NCBI GenBank assembly: GCA_964234715.1
Contig: OZ174286.1
Length of the DNA stretch: 64,000 nucleotides
From: Podarcis melisellensis
Taxonomy: Eukaryota
Direction: 5' to 3' (one strand)
The translations under genes were made by a program, and so were the position numbers. A model generated the notes under the pieces. That model was given only the letters and a program-made list of their open reading frames with translations, ran no database searches and was not told where the DNA came from. This document shows, piece after piece, positions 1 through 13,684 of the stretch; position 1 is the first letter of the stretch, and each line of letters starts with the position of its first letter.

Positions 1-1736
1 AACCCAGAAGTTTTGTTAAGATCTCATGCACAAATAGGATCAATGACATGATTTTATTATTATTTTATTCTGGGTTGGTAAAGGCTTCAAAAGGAATAGA
101 TGTGGGAAAGTTATTAATTATGCCCTCATTTGGCCTTTAGCCTTGAATACTACATTAAAAAATAATCAAAGGGCCAGTAATAGCACGGATCGCAACAAAG
201 GGGACAACATATGTACCCAGCACACAAACACTTTATTAAATTGTTTTTGCTTTCCTAAACTTCTGAAATAAATGTCCCTGTAACAAACAAATAAAAAGGG
301 GAATAACGTTAGTCCAAGCCAACCTCAGCCAAAATGACAACACTTTGGAAGGAAATCAGTTTTTCCATGCTGTAGAATCACTTAAGATTACAAATTGGTC
401 CTGTGCATGTTTACTTGGAAGTAAGGTCCAATGGATTGAATTAGACTTTATTTACATATAAATTCATCTAGAATTGTAGCTTTAGGAGACATTTCCAAGC
501 TTGGTGTCATCTAACAAGGTTGAGCAGCTGGTTAGCTTCCCATTCACCTCTCTGCGTTTGGGAAAATCAGAGTGACCCACAACAATTATGCAGGCTTTCC
601 CAGTATTGCTTTTTTATTTTTTTACCCACTTCAGTTTCTGGTGCAATCCGTTGTCTTCAACTTACATACAAGTCTTACTAAAATGAATGGTGTTGCTTCA
701 GAGTAATACTTGATGAATAATGCTGTTACCCCAAGCCAAGGCTTTCTATTAACATCCTTTTAACTCCCATTATTATTAAACTCTGAGTTAAATACAGTTT
801 AGTATTTTTTTTAACAGACCCAGAGAAATCAATGGGATGGAATCTAAACTTAAGTCAACTTTAGCACAGACCCACTAAAATCAATGGGATTAAGTTGGAA
901 TACATGACTAATTTAAGCATGCCTATCTCTGAATCGAACCCTACGTATTCTGTATAGCTGTCCAAACCATGAAGCTGTTCAAATAAGTGAAGCTAACTTT
1001 TTAAGTATACGCACCATACAAAAGTAACTATTTGCTCTTTGCAAGGAATGCTCTGCATCCTCGTTGCGTGTGTGCATGGTCCTCCCTGAACATGCAACTT
1101 TATACTGTGTAGGAGCATACACAGAATAGAAAAGGGTAATTATTTTAATAAACCGAATGAACTACACTGTTTGTTTGCAAGCTTTCTATTTATTTATTTT
1201 TTTAAAAAACCCCAAGCACAAATGTTAAGAGCAAAAATTAAAATAAATTGTGTTGTTAGATCTCCATAGTTGGTTCAATTAACATAATCTTCCTGAAAAA
1301 TCACCTTTATTTCAGAACAGCTAACGCACGCAAAATCCTAATTATTTTAATTCCCTTAATTGCTCCAAATAACTATGCCTAATGAAAGACCCGTTTGCCC
1401 TTTGAATACTTGTAATTAAAAAAAACAAAAACAAAACTAGAATTATGATAGCAAAAGTAGTCATCCTTTTGTGTGTCTATCAAGGCGGATACATGCTAAT
1501 TACAAGAGAAGACGTCATTCACAACCTCTTCAGTTTGATATAGTAATGTATGCACAACAATTATGTGCACACATAATGCAGTAATGCACACTTTTTAAAG
1601 AAATGACATTGTGATGAAATGTGTATTACTTGATTTAAGGTATTTTCTTGACAGTACAAGCATACAAATAAGGAATTTCCAAGAAAGTTATTTACAGTAC
1701 AAAGGATTCAAGCTAGTGTGTTTTCAATATACATGT

Positions 1737-1753
1737 GCGCCACCTTGTGGTGA
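1737..1753 (-). promoter_or_regulatory. Candidate CTCF site
   Basis: The minus strand reads CACCACAAGGTGGCGC, a close match to the CTCF core consensus. This is a motif match only. Confidence 0.45.
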
Positions 1754-2436
1754 AATACATATTTTAAAAGATCATCTTAAAATTTGATTGCAAGGAATCT
1801 GAGGGAAGAAAGAACCTAACTTAAGGGTAGGAAACTTGTGCCTCCTCCCCAAGTTCATACAAAAGGCCTGTCCCGTCCCCCCAACAAAAATTCTGGCTAC
1901 ACCCATGGCAAGGTGGATGCTGAACTTTCTCCCTCAAATTGTTCTTTCCTCACATTGTTTCTCTTCCATATTTTATCCCCTAAGAGGAGTTACATCTGGT
2001 CTCAGACATCCATTGGGACAAAAACAGCTAAAGATAGTCTTCCTATCCAAATGTGTTAGTAGAAGCTGCACTGCCTTTCAGAACACTGTGTTCACCTCTG
2101 GTAACTTAATTTCTAAAAGGATAACTGGAGAAGGTACAGAAAGTAGCAACTAAAATGATTAGGGAAATAAAGTAGTGGCTTTACAATGACAGAAAGCATG
2201 ACTAAGGGGATACATGATATAGATTCATAAAATGTTGAAATAGGTAGAGAAATCATTCTCTCCCTAAATTTTAGCTTCCCAGCCCATCCAATAAAATTGC
2301 TCACTCGTTTCAATTAAAATAAGCAAAAGGAATCAACTTGTGCAAACCATAGCTAAGAAACAGTGATGGCTGCTAAATTAGATGGAAACTTAGTACAGAA
2401 AGTCATTGATCTGAAAGTCGATTAGCTGTGATAGTA

Positions 2437-2437
<1 letters not shown>

Positions 2438-2483
<46 letters not shown>
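2438..2483. repeat. (AAT)n microsatellite
   Basis: Directly visible trinucleotide run. Confidence 0.95.
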
Positions 2484-2485
<2 letters not shown>

Positions 2486-3267
2486 GAGGCTCCATATTCA
2501 GGCATCATACTTTTAATAACCAGATACTGGGGGAAATTACTGGAGATAGCCATCTCCATGGTTACTCAGCTTGCAAGCTTCCAAACATCTGACTTACTGT
2601 TTTAAACAGCATGTGCAACTAGATAGGCATTTGATGTAATCTAATAAAGCAATTCCTAGGGCTTAAAAAACCTCACTATAGCTCTTTCAAGATACCTCAT
2701 TTGTGTATTCCAGCTTAACCATTTCAAACTCTAATCCATTATCCAATTAAGATGACATACAGATCTAAGCTGATTATGCAGTATATGTTTAAATCCTAGT
2801 TCTTAGGTTTTAACTGAACTGTATTTCAGGCTGTAAATGATTTTGGAATCAGAATGAAACTTCCTTTTAAAAATAAAAAGCTTTTCAAATATTCCACTTA
2901 GTAGAATTATCCTATTTTGTATTGATTATTCTATTCACATTGGGGTATTTTTCCTCTACAAAACTTATTTCTCACTCTGTGTGTGTGTGTGGGGGGGTGT
3001 TTATAACATATCAAAAAGATGAAACAAATATCTAGAAGTAGATATCTAAAAAAATGTCTTTTCAGCTTAAACAGGGTACTGCTATTTTTACAGGCAGATA
3101 CAATCTGCTTACGTGACTAAACACTTCCAGAAACTGACTTAACTATTCAAGAAGTGCTTTCAAAGATTGCATTTTAAGGGAAATCCATGTTAAATGAGCT
3201 AATGGTACAAGGGAGCGTCAATTATGAGGCATCATTTATTATTTAACTGAAGTAAATTTGAGGTACA

Positions 3268-3634
3268 GGGACGTGGGTGGCGCTGTGGTCTAAACCATAC
3301 AGCCTAGGGCTTGCCGATCGGAAGGTTGGTGGTTCAAATCCCCACGATGGGGTGAGCTCCCGTTGTTCGGTCTCAGCTCCTGCCAACCTAGCAGTTCAAA
3401 AGCATGTCAAAGTGCAAGTAGATAAATAGGTACCACTCCGGCGGGAAGGTAAACGGCATTTCCATGCACTGCTCTGGTTTCGCCAGAAGCTGCTAAGTCA
3501 TACTGGCCACACGACCAAGAAAAACTGTCTGCAGACAAACGTCGGCTCCCTCAGCCAGTAAAGCGAGATGAGCGCCGCTACCCCAGAGTTGTTCGCAACT
3601 GGACTTAATTGTCAGGGGTCCTTTACCTTTTTTT
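3268..3634 (+). mobile_element. Sauria SINE (Squam1-type), full length
   Basis: tRNA-like head (GGTGGCGCTGTGG...GGTTCAAATCCC), CCTTTACCTTT tail, and a 12-bp TSD AATTTGAGGTAC at 3255-3266 and 3635-3646. Similar to the copies at 18126 and 31063. Confidence 0.9.
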
Positions 3635-5259
3635 AATTTGAGGTACCAATGCCACTGAAGTTTGCTAGGCTCAGCCTGGGAATAAACTTTGGGGGCTTGG
3701 CAATGCTTACTTCAAACAGGAGATGAGCATCAGAAGCCCACCACAATTTTTTTCACAGCTTGAATTACGATCTTTGGTTAATCCTGCTCTGAAGGGATAC
3801 GCCCATGGAAGCTACTGCTGGAGTGCAACGGTCCCTAGCTGTAGTTGCTCTCAGTACTAGTTTATTTGGTGTGCAGTCTCAGAAACGTACTCCCTGCATA
3901 TACCAGTGGCCTCCCTCCCTTCTACCTTGGCTGCTTTCTGAGACTGCAACCAGAAAACTGCTGCTGGCAGGAAGGGTTTATTATCTGAGCCTCATATTTA
4001 GTTGGAAACAGATTTAAGTACTTTTTAATCAGTGGAAAATTCACCAAACAGCTATACATCTATAGCACATGGATTCCAAACCAGAATTGATACATAGATC
4101 CCAACCCAGAAATTTCAAAGGCAACGTTATTTAAACTTCCTTTTACAAAGTGCAAATTATCTGGATTTATAAACAGGACAGAAATTCACCAAAAGTAATT
4201 GACTTGGCAGCCGTCACTGAGAATCTTTTGGGCAGGTTCCATCAGGAGAAAAGAGCAACTGATTTTTGAAAAGCAATTTCTAGATCATAATATTAAATAT
4301 TCAAACTTTTATTTGGAACTTCAGAATAACTCAGGAACTTATAATTAAAATGCTTCAAACTAAAGCACAGATAAACTCTAAAATGCTATATGGGCCCCCG
4401 AATGGCAGCATCTCCCAGATGGATATTTTACATGCACATTCAAGTGTTATGATCTCACACCAGTGAATAGGGTAAGTGCAGTACAACTGACTTACCAGCA
4501 CTGACAAAAAATAAAAAGATACCTGCATTTTCCTGGAGCTGTGACAACGAAAGCAGCAAACCCAAAAGCAGGCAAAAGTATTCAGATGTTATCAGAACCA
4601 GAAGCTGGAGTGGACTTAAAACATGGTACGTCAAGCCTTTAGTTAATATTTTTACTAGATCTAGTTAAGACAATTTTATTAAACTAAGCTTTCCTTAATG
4701 GAATGCATAGGATAACAATTTCTAAATATCTCTGAAAATTATTAATTGGTAATGTTTCTGGGTTTCACATTTTATCTCTGCCACCTCTATTTTTAAGACT
4801 AATCTACTTTATGCATATGCAATTATTCTGGCCAGTAATTAAAAGATATGAATGTTTACTTCTTGTTGTTTTCACTATAGTGTGCTTTATTATTATTTTG
4901 TGGTGTTTTCATATCTGTGAAGATAGTAAACCACTTGGGGATAAAGGAAAATATCAGGAACAGGCTAATTTCAGAAACCGACAAAGGAATTCACAATGTC
5001 AAGAAGCCTTTGGGTCAAGTGCAATTTGTGGTAATTATATCTGAGTTAATCTTAATAGCAGGCTTGTCTGCTTATAAAGTAGAGCCACTTCTTGATCAAC
5101 AGAGCACCATCCTGTGTTTAGAAGCTGTTTGAATCATCTATGAACCCTACAACTAGGCTCTGTAACCACCCTCATTTTTGCCATCAAAATGTAGCACTAT
5201 TGCTTGGATACATTTGAGGAGCCATACAGTTGTTTCAATAACTATTGCCTAACCTAAAA

Positions 5260-5395
5260 CAGGCTTCCTCAACCTCAGTCCTCCAGATGTTTTTGGCCTA
5301 CAACTCCCATGATCCCTAGCTAGCAGGACCAGTGGTCAGGGATGATGGGAATTGTAGTCTCAAAACATCTGGAGGGCCGAGGTTGAGGAAGCCTG
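5260..5395. mobile_element. Palindromic hAT-type MITE
   Basis: TIRs CAGGCTTCCTCAACCT/AGGTTGAGGAAGCCTG, a near-complete hairpin, and a degenerate 8-bp TSD (ACCTAAAA/GCTTAAAA). Confidence 0.85.
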
Positions 5396-5657
5396 GCTTA
5401 AAAAGTATAAAATAGTAAGTTGTTACCTGTGCTATTTATTCTGGAGCAATGATTACCCATTCAGCTAGAGTATTCCTTTAACGGTAGAAGTTTCCCCCCA
5501 CCCATACCTAGCTGGCAGTTAAGTCATCTGTTTATTAGATGTTGAGACAGAATCACAACCATTTCCCTATAATACATAATCAAAAAAGCTCTCGCAAAGA
5601 AGAATGTCCTGAAAATAGGATACAGAGAGAAGTACACAGCAGAGGTCAAATGTTGTG

Positions 5658-5660
<3 letters not shown>

Positions 5661-5706
<46 letters not shown>
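5661..5706. repeat. (AT)n microsatellite
   Basis: Directly visible. Confidence 0.95.
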
Positions 5707-5708
<2 letters not shown>

Positions 5709-5715
5709 CTGTATT

Positions 5716-5937
5716 TATTAAGTAGTGGGTTGACAAAGCAGACGACACAGAGATTTCTCCAAGTGGTTCTTTATAGTAAGCTGGGACTGAACTGAACTGA
5801 ACAGCTCAGCTGGCCTGCTTTTATAGGCAGCTGGCTGTCAACATTGTAACAACAACATCCCAGGATTTCCCGCCTAAATTAACTGATGTGGACCTGAGTG
5901 AAAACTATACCCAGGGTGAGTACTTCAATACATAACA
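5716..5937 (-). mobile_element. Solo LTR (Gypsy/ERV-like), 222 bp
   Basis: The minus strand starts TGTTATGTA and ends TACTTAATA (CA mutated to TA). Perfect 5-bp TSD GTATT at 5711-5715 and 5938-5942, with an internal TATAAAA on the minus strand. Confidence 0.75.
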
Positions 5938-6919
5938 GTATTCATATGCGGCTTTTGGAGTAGCTGCCTTAAAAAAGCCAGGAAACTTTTAAAAGCAGTG
6001 ATAGCAAGCATTTTAGAATTGGGGTGTTTCAAGCGACAAAGCTGCAGCGCTATGGCAGCACAACTTGCATCTGCTGAAATTCCCTCTTCTACATAATTCT
6101 TAACGTGAACCTACATTTCCAGAGGTTGGGCATTCCTGTCCTAAAGGATGGCTTATGAATACACAAATGTGTGAAACCAATAGATCATTAGCCTGGTGCA
6201 TGTTCCAAGAAAGGTTGAATAAAGACTGTAAGCTGGTGCAGCTGAAGCTAAGCCACATTTACTTCCTGCAAATAGAGCTATAAGATTATGGCCTTGAGTG
6301 GAGACAGTATGACAACAGCCAAATAAAGACTGACTGTGTATATCTGCTTTCAGGCTTTTCCGTCTCTCAGATAATGACATGGAAAAGGCCTGAGAACAGT
6401 CATCAGTCATTTCTTTAGTCAACAGTGACTGTCCTTGAATTTGGTAAGGGAAGAAGAAAGGAGTAGATTTGCAATGTCACATAAAAAGAAAACAGGCCAA
6501 GTAGAGAATGAAAGGAAGAAGAAAAAAATATGATGGAGTTTCAAAGATCAATCAGAGGACAGAAGAGCATTTATTGATAGGCAGGCATTTGAAGTGGAAA
6601 TGGCAGAAATAAGAGGAGATTTAAGGGTGTTTTATCAAACTACTAAATGATTGGCAGGAGATTTAGCTACAGAAGAGTTCATACAATAAATAGGAAGAAA
6701 CTTTACCCACACTAAAAGGAGCAAAAGAAAAGATTTGAGCAGCATTTTTATGTTGTACCAAAACTAACACTTAACTTTGATAACATAAAAAAGTGAATGG
6801 ATCTTGACATTTGCTGTTTGAAAACCACTGCTGACAGCTGAATATTAAGGAGGTAAAAGAACATCACACCACAACCGCTCAACAGAAGTGAGTGGTGAAA
6901 TCAACTTAACTGCTTTTCC

Positions 6920-7440
6920 AGCTGCACTGGCTCCCAGTGGAGTACAGGGTCAGATTTAAGATGCTGGTTTTGACCTTTAAAGCCCTTCATGGCCCAGGAC
7001 CCTCGTACCTATGGGACCGCCTCTCCTGGTATGTCCCACAGAGAGCCTCAAGGTCCATAAAGAGCAACACCCCAGTGGTTCCGGGCCCTAAGGAAGTTAG
7101 ATTAGTTCCAACCAGAGCCAGAGCCTGGGTGGAACGCTCTGCCTCATGAGACCAGGGCCCTGCAGGATCTGATTTCTTTCCGCAGGACCTGTAAGACAGA
7201 GTTATTCCGCTTGGCCTTTGGCTTGGAGCCAATTTGATTCCCTCCCCCTCTTTCTTTTTCCTTTTTCCTCCTGTGATGAGGCTGCATTTTAATATTTTAA
7301 TGTTTCAATATTTTAATGTTGTATTTTAATCTTGTTTTTAAGTTGTATTCATTCAACTTGTTTTTAGCCACCCTGTGCCCAGCCTTGGCCGGGGAGGGCG
7401 GGGTATAAATAAAATTTATTATTATTATTATTATTATTAA
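6920..7440 (+). mobile_element. L2-type LINE 3' fragment
   Basis: Translates to LHWLPVEYRVRFKMLVLTFKALHGPGPSYL, the typical L2/CR1-group RT C-terminus. Has an (ATT)n tail and is homologous to 60865-61385. Confidence 0.8.
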
Positions 7441-8110
7441 AACCATTACAGTTTTTTCATCAGATTGAATGGGAAAGTGGTTACAATCAAAACTTCCCAA
7501 CCGTGATGCAACTAACCACATAAATTGACTTGGGACTACAAAAATATATTGAAATATATTCTTCAAAACCCTCTCCAGCCACAGATGTGGACTTACAGCA
7601 GGTGATGTGGAAACATATCCAACTGTTCTAACACGTACAACAATGTGCAAATGAGGAAACAAACTGTATACACAGCCTCTGATCCTGAAGCTAACATATA
7701 GCCCTTGTGACTAGTAAAAACAAAATCCGTAAACGCTAGCATGTGTATGGAAAATCCATCTGTTGGTAGACAGCTAACTTGCTCAAAACTGTTAGTAAAG
7801 GTATGTTGACAGTTTAATTCATGCTTTACTTTATAGACGTTTAGACTGCTTTTTAGGCAAGATTGTTTCTCAAAATGGTTTACAGCCATATACAAATACA
7901 GTACATGTCCATAAAATCCACCAGCAACATTATTTTAAACAGTTTAATGTATCCAATTCCATCCCAAAAGCATTTAGACCAGCATACCGAAACAAAAAGT
8001 CACACACCTCACTCTGAAGAACAGCATCCAATATCTTAGGTTAAAAGGCTTTTATATAGTTATACTACTGTTGTTGTTAAACACATTATATTCTACAGTA
8101 AATAATAATA

Positions 8111-8358
8111 CAGTGGTACCTCGGGTTAAGTACTTAATTCGTTCCGGAGGTCCGCTCTTAACCTGAAACTGTTCTTAACCTGAAGCACCAATTTAGCTAA
8201 TGGGGCCTCCTGCCGCCGCCGCCAGCGGAGCACGATTTCTGTTCTCATCCTGAAGCAAAGTTGAAGCACTATTTCTGGGTTAGTGGAGTCTGTAACCTGA
8301 AGTGTTTGTAACCTGAAGCGTATGTAATCCAAAGCATATGTAATCCGAGGGAGCACTG
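8111..8358. mobile_element. Tc1/mariner-type MITE (family copy 1 of 5)
   Basis: TA TSD, TIR CAGTGGTACCTC (right end degenerate), and subterminal GAAGCGTATGTAACCT repeats. Confidence 0.9.
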
Positions 8359-9166
8359 TATACTGTTGTAATCCTGGCAAAAATTGTGCTTCAAAAATCA
8401 ATCTGTGCATATCCTATCTTCCTTTTTTTGCCCACAGTTGCTGCCACAGCCCTCAATGATGGGGCATGAAAATCTTAATAACCTTTTTAACGCAATTTTC
8501 TTTAGATCAATTTAGAATTTGGTACATTTACAGACCCCATCAGGTCCGGCAGGCTTCACATTATTAGCTCGATATATGCCATTTACATAGATTTTTTAAA
8601 GGCTTATAATAGCAGAACCTTTTCCATGCAGAAATGTATGGAATTTTCAAAATAAATCTACAGCCACTAACCAGAACTGTGAATCTTGCAAGTTTGAATC
8701 TGTGTATTATTTAACAAATGGGTGAAGTCATCTCTGACAGTACCAACCATCCTTTGGAGAAATGGAGAAACCAAATTCATTTCTCCAGCTACTCCAAAGA
8801 GAGGATCATTGGAATTTTGGCCTAATAATTCATCAGCTGTCGGGGTACAAATGCCTAGAATAAAGCAAGCAATACATAAATAAATAAAAACCAGTTCTTT
8901 CAAAAATTACCTTGCTGACCATTCAAGTGGTAGGTGTAAGCTGCCGTACATTGGAATCTATAAGTCAGAGGTAATGGGTGTTCTGTATAACCCTAAATAA
9001 TTTGTTGACAAATCTAAATTTTCATTCCCAACATTCTGCTTCTATGATGTGTTTTTTTGTTTTTGTTTTTTAGTTATGAGGGAAGTTCATACCTAGCAGA
9101 TATGTATTATGTGGTTTTAAAGTTATGATCAATAAGGAAAAAAAATACAGTTTTAAAAGCTCCTAC

Positions 9167-9326
9167 CTTAAATGAGCTAGAATAAATGCTAATATATTTT
9201 ATAGCAGCCCAGCTCCTAGAATGGGGTTTTCCCAGGAATTCTACATGATGACTTTCAACATCTCCATCCGAGTCGTATGTTACATACTGTCCATTAGTAG
9301 GATCAGGACAAAGAATGGCAGGCCAT
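9167..9326 (-). CDS. ZCWPW2: ZCWPW2 coding exon 2 (PWWP domain)
   Basis: Acceptor AG at 9328-9327 and donor AAG|GTAGGA. 160 nt, phase-compatible with the previous exon. Encodes (R)WPAILCPDPTNGQYVTYDSDGDVESHHVEFLGKPHSRSWAAIKYISIYSSSFK, matching recalled human WPGILCPD...YVTYDPDGNVEEYHIEFLGDPHSRSW. Not in the ORF track. Confidence 0.93.
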
Positions 9327-10281
9327 CTTAAAATAAAATGTTTTCAAAAAATCAGTTTGGGGAAAGAAAAAGCATATAATACACATGCTCCCAAATATTT
9401 TTTTTAGTCAGAAACATCAATAACTGGCAACTTTACACACACACACACACACAGCAGCAGCACAGGGATCTTTAATAACTTGTCTTTCAAAATAAAGGCA
9501 CATTGCAGAGCAATCCTATGTACTTGATGGGGATCTGCAGTACAGCATTCACAAATCCACAGCCTGCTAGTTTGGCATGGCCAGGCAGGAGCTGTGTGTA
9601 CATGGATATTTTCATCCTGTTGCAAAAAAAGAAAACGAAATCCTAAAATAACCATGTCAGCTCCTCGACTGTCATAGTTAAAGGCTCACTTTGGGGGCAT
9701 GTTAAGAGAATGAGGAATACTTTAGTCATCTAGGTCCAAGCCCATGCCTGACAAGCTGTTGGAATACCTCATTTTGGAGCCCACCAACAGTGCGAACAAT
9801 GCTAGTGGTACATTTACACCCATGGAACTTTCCTCAGGTACATTGGGGAAGAACCTCCAGGGCTGACCTGCTGGCACAATGCCCTTTCTGCTGGTGAAGC
9901 AGCATTTCTGTCACATCCTATGACTCTTTAGCCAGCCTTATGGGGAGCTTAGGATCGCTCCCCTACTTGCTTTCCTTGTTCTTGTGCTTTCCTTGTTCTT
10001 CTAACATTTGCTTATCATGAACAATCTTTTTTTAAAACAAACAAACATGTTTTCCACTTTCTCCTATTTTTTTCTGAAGCATACTGTTTTGGTATACTTT
10101 TTAACTAGGCCTCCTGAGACAATATCAGAACAGAATAACTGGAGTAGAATGGAAAATTGTTTTATCCCCCATTTTTCAAGGCTAGAATTGTTTTTATGTC
10201 TTCTCAGACTACTGCATTCAAAATATATAGTGAATCTGTGTTACCTGCAATTACGGTAAATGTTAACTTTTTAAACCTTAC

Positions 10282-10568
10282 CTTGGCCACCGGTACATTT
10301 TCACCAAAACTAAGCTTCCTAGAGGAAGCTTTGAATACACATATTTTAATCCATGTTTTTGAAACTGAGACTCCTCTGGAAAATGTTCTTCAGAAACAGA
10401 ACAGTTGTTAAACCAAGGATCAGGATTCATATAACAATACCATGGTTCATTAGGAGCAATATGCGTTGCATCATCATGTGATAAGATTCTCCATTTTAAA
10501 CAGCTGCTGTTCTCACACTGCACCCATACTTTATCGAAATAAAAATTATGCTCTGTTATAGAATCCAT
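10282..10568 (-). CDS. ZCWPW2: ZCWPW2 first coding exon (zf-CW domain and start of PWWP)
   Basis: Encodes MDSITEHNFYFDKVWVQCENSSCLKWR...WYCYMNPDPWFNNCSVSEEHFPEES...LPLGSLVLV, the CW zinc-finger signature. The exon acceptor is at 10624-10623, with an in-frame TGA upstream of ATG 10568; donor AG|GTAAGG. Head-to-head with AZI2 as in human. Confidence 0.93.
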
Positions 10569-12796
10569 ATAATATAGGATCTTCACTCTTACAGGTCACA
10601 GCTTGATGAATACTTGTGTCCTCTGAAATATAAAGAAAAGAACAGCATCAAATTAAAACAAATCCAAAAACCCAAAAACAAATAGCTACTATTAAACTCC
10701 ATTAATCATAAAGCCCTAGCTAAGCTCTCAAAAGCAAGTGATAGTTGATGGAAACTGCAGAAAATTAGCACATATTGACCTATTTCCAGGGTAAACTAGA
10801 ACATCTACTAGTCAAAACATTTATGAAGAAAAAATATGCAAAAGGGGTAAGGAAGGAGTAAACTTTAAGAGAACAAAGTAGATACCAAAATTAAATGCGA
10901 ACAACCCTTCATCACTATACCATTCCTAGAAATGAAGACTGAATAATAAATGACTGTACCGACACCTTCCTTCCCTTAGCACAAGGATGAAAAGCCTGCA
11001 ACCCTCCACAGGCTGTTGGTTGTTATAACAACCAGCTACTTACTGTTTTTGTGAAAAGTCATTTTGCATACGTATAAGCTCTAACTCAGTTGTCTAGTAT
11101 TTGCATTATATTGCCATTTAACCCCAACCTTTACATTTTCCCTTCCTTTACAATCATGTTTTATATGCATACGGTAAGTTGGGAGCATGCTCCATGCATC
11201 TGATGAAGTGGGCTCTACTCTATGACAGCTTATGCCATAATTTGTTTGCCTTTAAGGTGTCACTAGACTCCAGGCGAACCTTCTCCAACCTATGGCAGAT
11301 GTTTTGGACTACAACTCCCATCGTCCCTGACCATTGGCCACACTGGCTGGGGCTCATGGGAGCTGAACTCCAGATATTGAACTCAAATATCTGGAGAGCC
11401 ACCGTGGGTCCTCACTCTCGCCCTAGCAAACGGTGATCAGCAGTGATTGATCTTCATCACATACTGATGGCTGTGTGGCTATAAACCATTGCTCACTAAA
11501 AACCATGGCTATTGTAGGCCGAAAGGATTGTAGAAATAGGGCCATAATATGAGGTTCTACCCAGATAAAATGGAATCCTTGGTTAGGAGAAAGCTAGAGA
11601 CTAGAGATAGTGGTAAAGCAGATGAAGTCCCAGGTGAGACAAAATAAGTACAAATGGCTTGTGATGAAGCAGATGATGGCCCACATAGCTCAGTAAAGAG
11701 ACTGGGAGTCTCAAAAACTGGTGGGCAAGAGGTGTATCGCTTTCATATTTTGTCTACCATTTCAATACCACAAAAGATGGGAATGAACATTCTATGCAAA
11801 AAAAAATATATTATGTCTTAGGAGTGTATTTAGGTTGTCATGCTGCAAGGAGCAAATTTAAACTGTACTTTTCAACTCACTGGTCATATGAAAATACCAC
11901 ACTAAGCCTTGGTTTAGCACAGGGGTAGGAACCTTTTTAGCCTGGTGGGCCAGATTGTCATCTGTCCCCACCCCTGTGGGTCAACTTCGACATGTGGGCA
12001 GTCAACCCACCTGTCAGTCATCTGATTTCATAATGACATCTGGGAAATGGCAGGTAAGTTGTCCCAACCAGCCGGTTGCCAGGTGCTTGGGAAGTGCAGC
12101 ACAAGGAGCCTTGCCAGCCTTACACTCAGAAAACATGTCAAGCTTAGGGCTTGGGAAATGGTTTTCCGCAGCGACCACCTGCCTGATTGACTTCCTTGTG
12201 TGGAACTTGGTTGCACAGATGATCCAGCCAAGATCTCTTGCTGCATTTTGACAAATATAGCATAACATGAATAAGCTGCAAGCCTTGGGCTCCCCTTGCT
12301 CCCCTTCCTCCCCACATGACCAAGCCGACATGTTTGGAAGTTTTTACGATGCCTGGGACTGATTCCAAAAGACATGGAAGGCATCAGCTTGTCGAAGACT
12401 GGTTTAAAACAAGCCAGGTGACTTCAGGTGTTTTTATGGGTTTTTATTCTGGGAACTTGGGTGATTTAGGGTGCTTCCAGATGGGCATTTACTGGTGCTG
12501 TTCACGCATGTAAGTTTTTTTTACAACTTCCATGTACCCTCAGCATCAAAATAAAAGCCAGTATTATTATTTTTTAATAGTATGCCAATGGCATGCTTGT
12601 GGCATCTGAATGATTCATTTGAGGTAACTTGGGTCAGATTACCTGAGAGAACACCTTCTTTTATATAGACCTACCACCGTTCACCAATATCTTCAGCCGA
12701 CACTTTTCTGATTGTACCCCAAACTGTGGAAACCAGGAGAGCCTTTTCTGTGGTGGCAGCTACCTTGTGAAATACTCTCCTAGCCGAGGTAAAGTT

Positions 12797-13042
12797 AGAA
12801 GAAGAGTTTGGATTTGATATCCTGCTTTATCACTACCCTGAGGAGCCTCAAAGCGGCTAACAATCTCCCTTTCCCTTCCTTCCCCACAACAAACACTCTG
12901 TGAGGTGAGTGGGGCTGAGAGACTTCAGAGATGTGTGACTAGCCCAAAGTCACCCAGCAGCTGAATGTGGAGGAGCAGGGAAGCGAACCCTGTTCACCAG
13001 ATTACATGTCCACTGCTCTTAACCACTACACCACACTAGCTC
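12797..13042 (-). mobile_element. tRNA-derived SINE (Squam3-like)
   Basis: Reverse-complement homologue of 32940-33159, with A/B boxes (GTGGTGTAGTGGTTAAGAGC...GGTTCGC). Confidence 0.8.
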
Positions 13043-13092
13043 CAACAACTACATAGAGTTTCCAGCCCTTGCTTAAAACACACTAGTTTGCC

Positions 13093-13431
13093 TTTTTTTT
13101 TTTTTACCAGAACAATCAGAAGACCAAATTATTACAGTAATAAGGAATGGGGGAAATTTTATAATTTACCTGAAAAACCATTGTAAACAGCTAAATTTGT
13201 TAGTAGGATTGGAATAACACTTGTAGTGTGATGGTGAATTTTGGACATAACGGAGATGTAAAAGATTTGGATTATATTATAAAATATTCAGGAGGAAATG
13301 ATTTACAATGGGACCCACAAAGGGGAGGAGGAAAGTCCAGGAAACACTTTTAATCTTGTTTTTATGTTATATGTTGGATATGTGATAGTAAAACTTTAAT
13401 CTGAAAAACCAAATAAATAAATATATATAAA
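13093..13431 (+). mobile_element. 5'-truncated L1-like LINE 3' end
   Basis: A-rich tail with AATAAA and a 13-bp TSD ACACTAGTTTGCC at 13080-13092 and 13432-13444. Resembles the L1 remnant at ~50150-50545. Confidence 0.65.
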
Positions 13432-13647
13432 ACACTAGTTTGCCCAAGCATTTTCCCAGGCATTGACCCGTGGCTGCTATGGGTGTTGGTGCTCATTACA
13501 TTTATACTTTGCCTATTCTCCTCTCCATTTCAATCCTCACAACCCTGGGAGGTAGTCTAGGCTGAGAAATGGTGACTGGCCCAAGGTTACTTAGCGAGCT
13601 TTATGGCTGAGGAGAGACTCGCACCATGGTCTCCCAAGCGCTATGCC

Positions 13648-13684
<37 letters not shown>

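Noticed and set aside
1-9166. Further ZCWPW2 exons (expected ...KKWYKSALQEA...)
   Set aside because: No convincing match on the - strand; probably left of the window.
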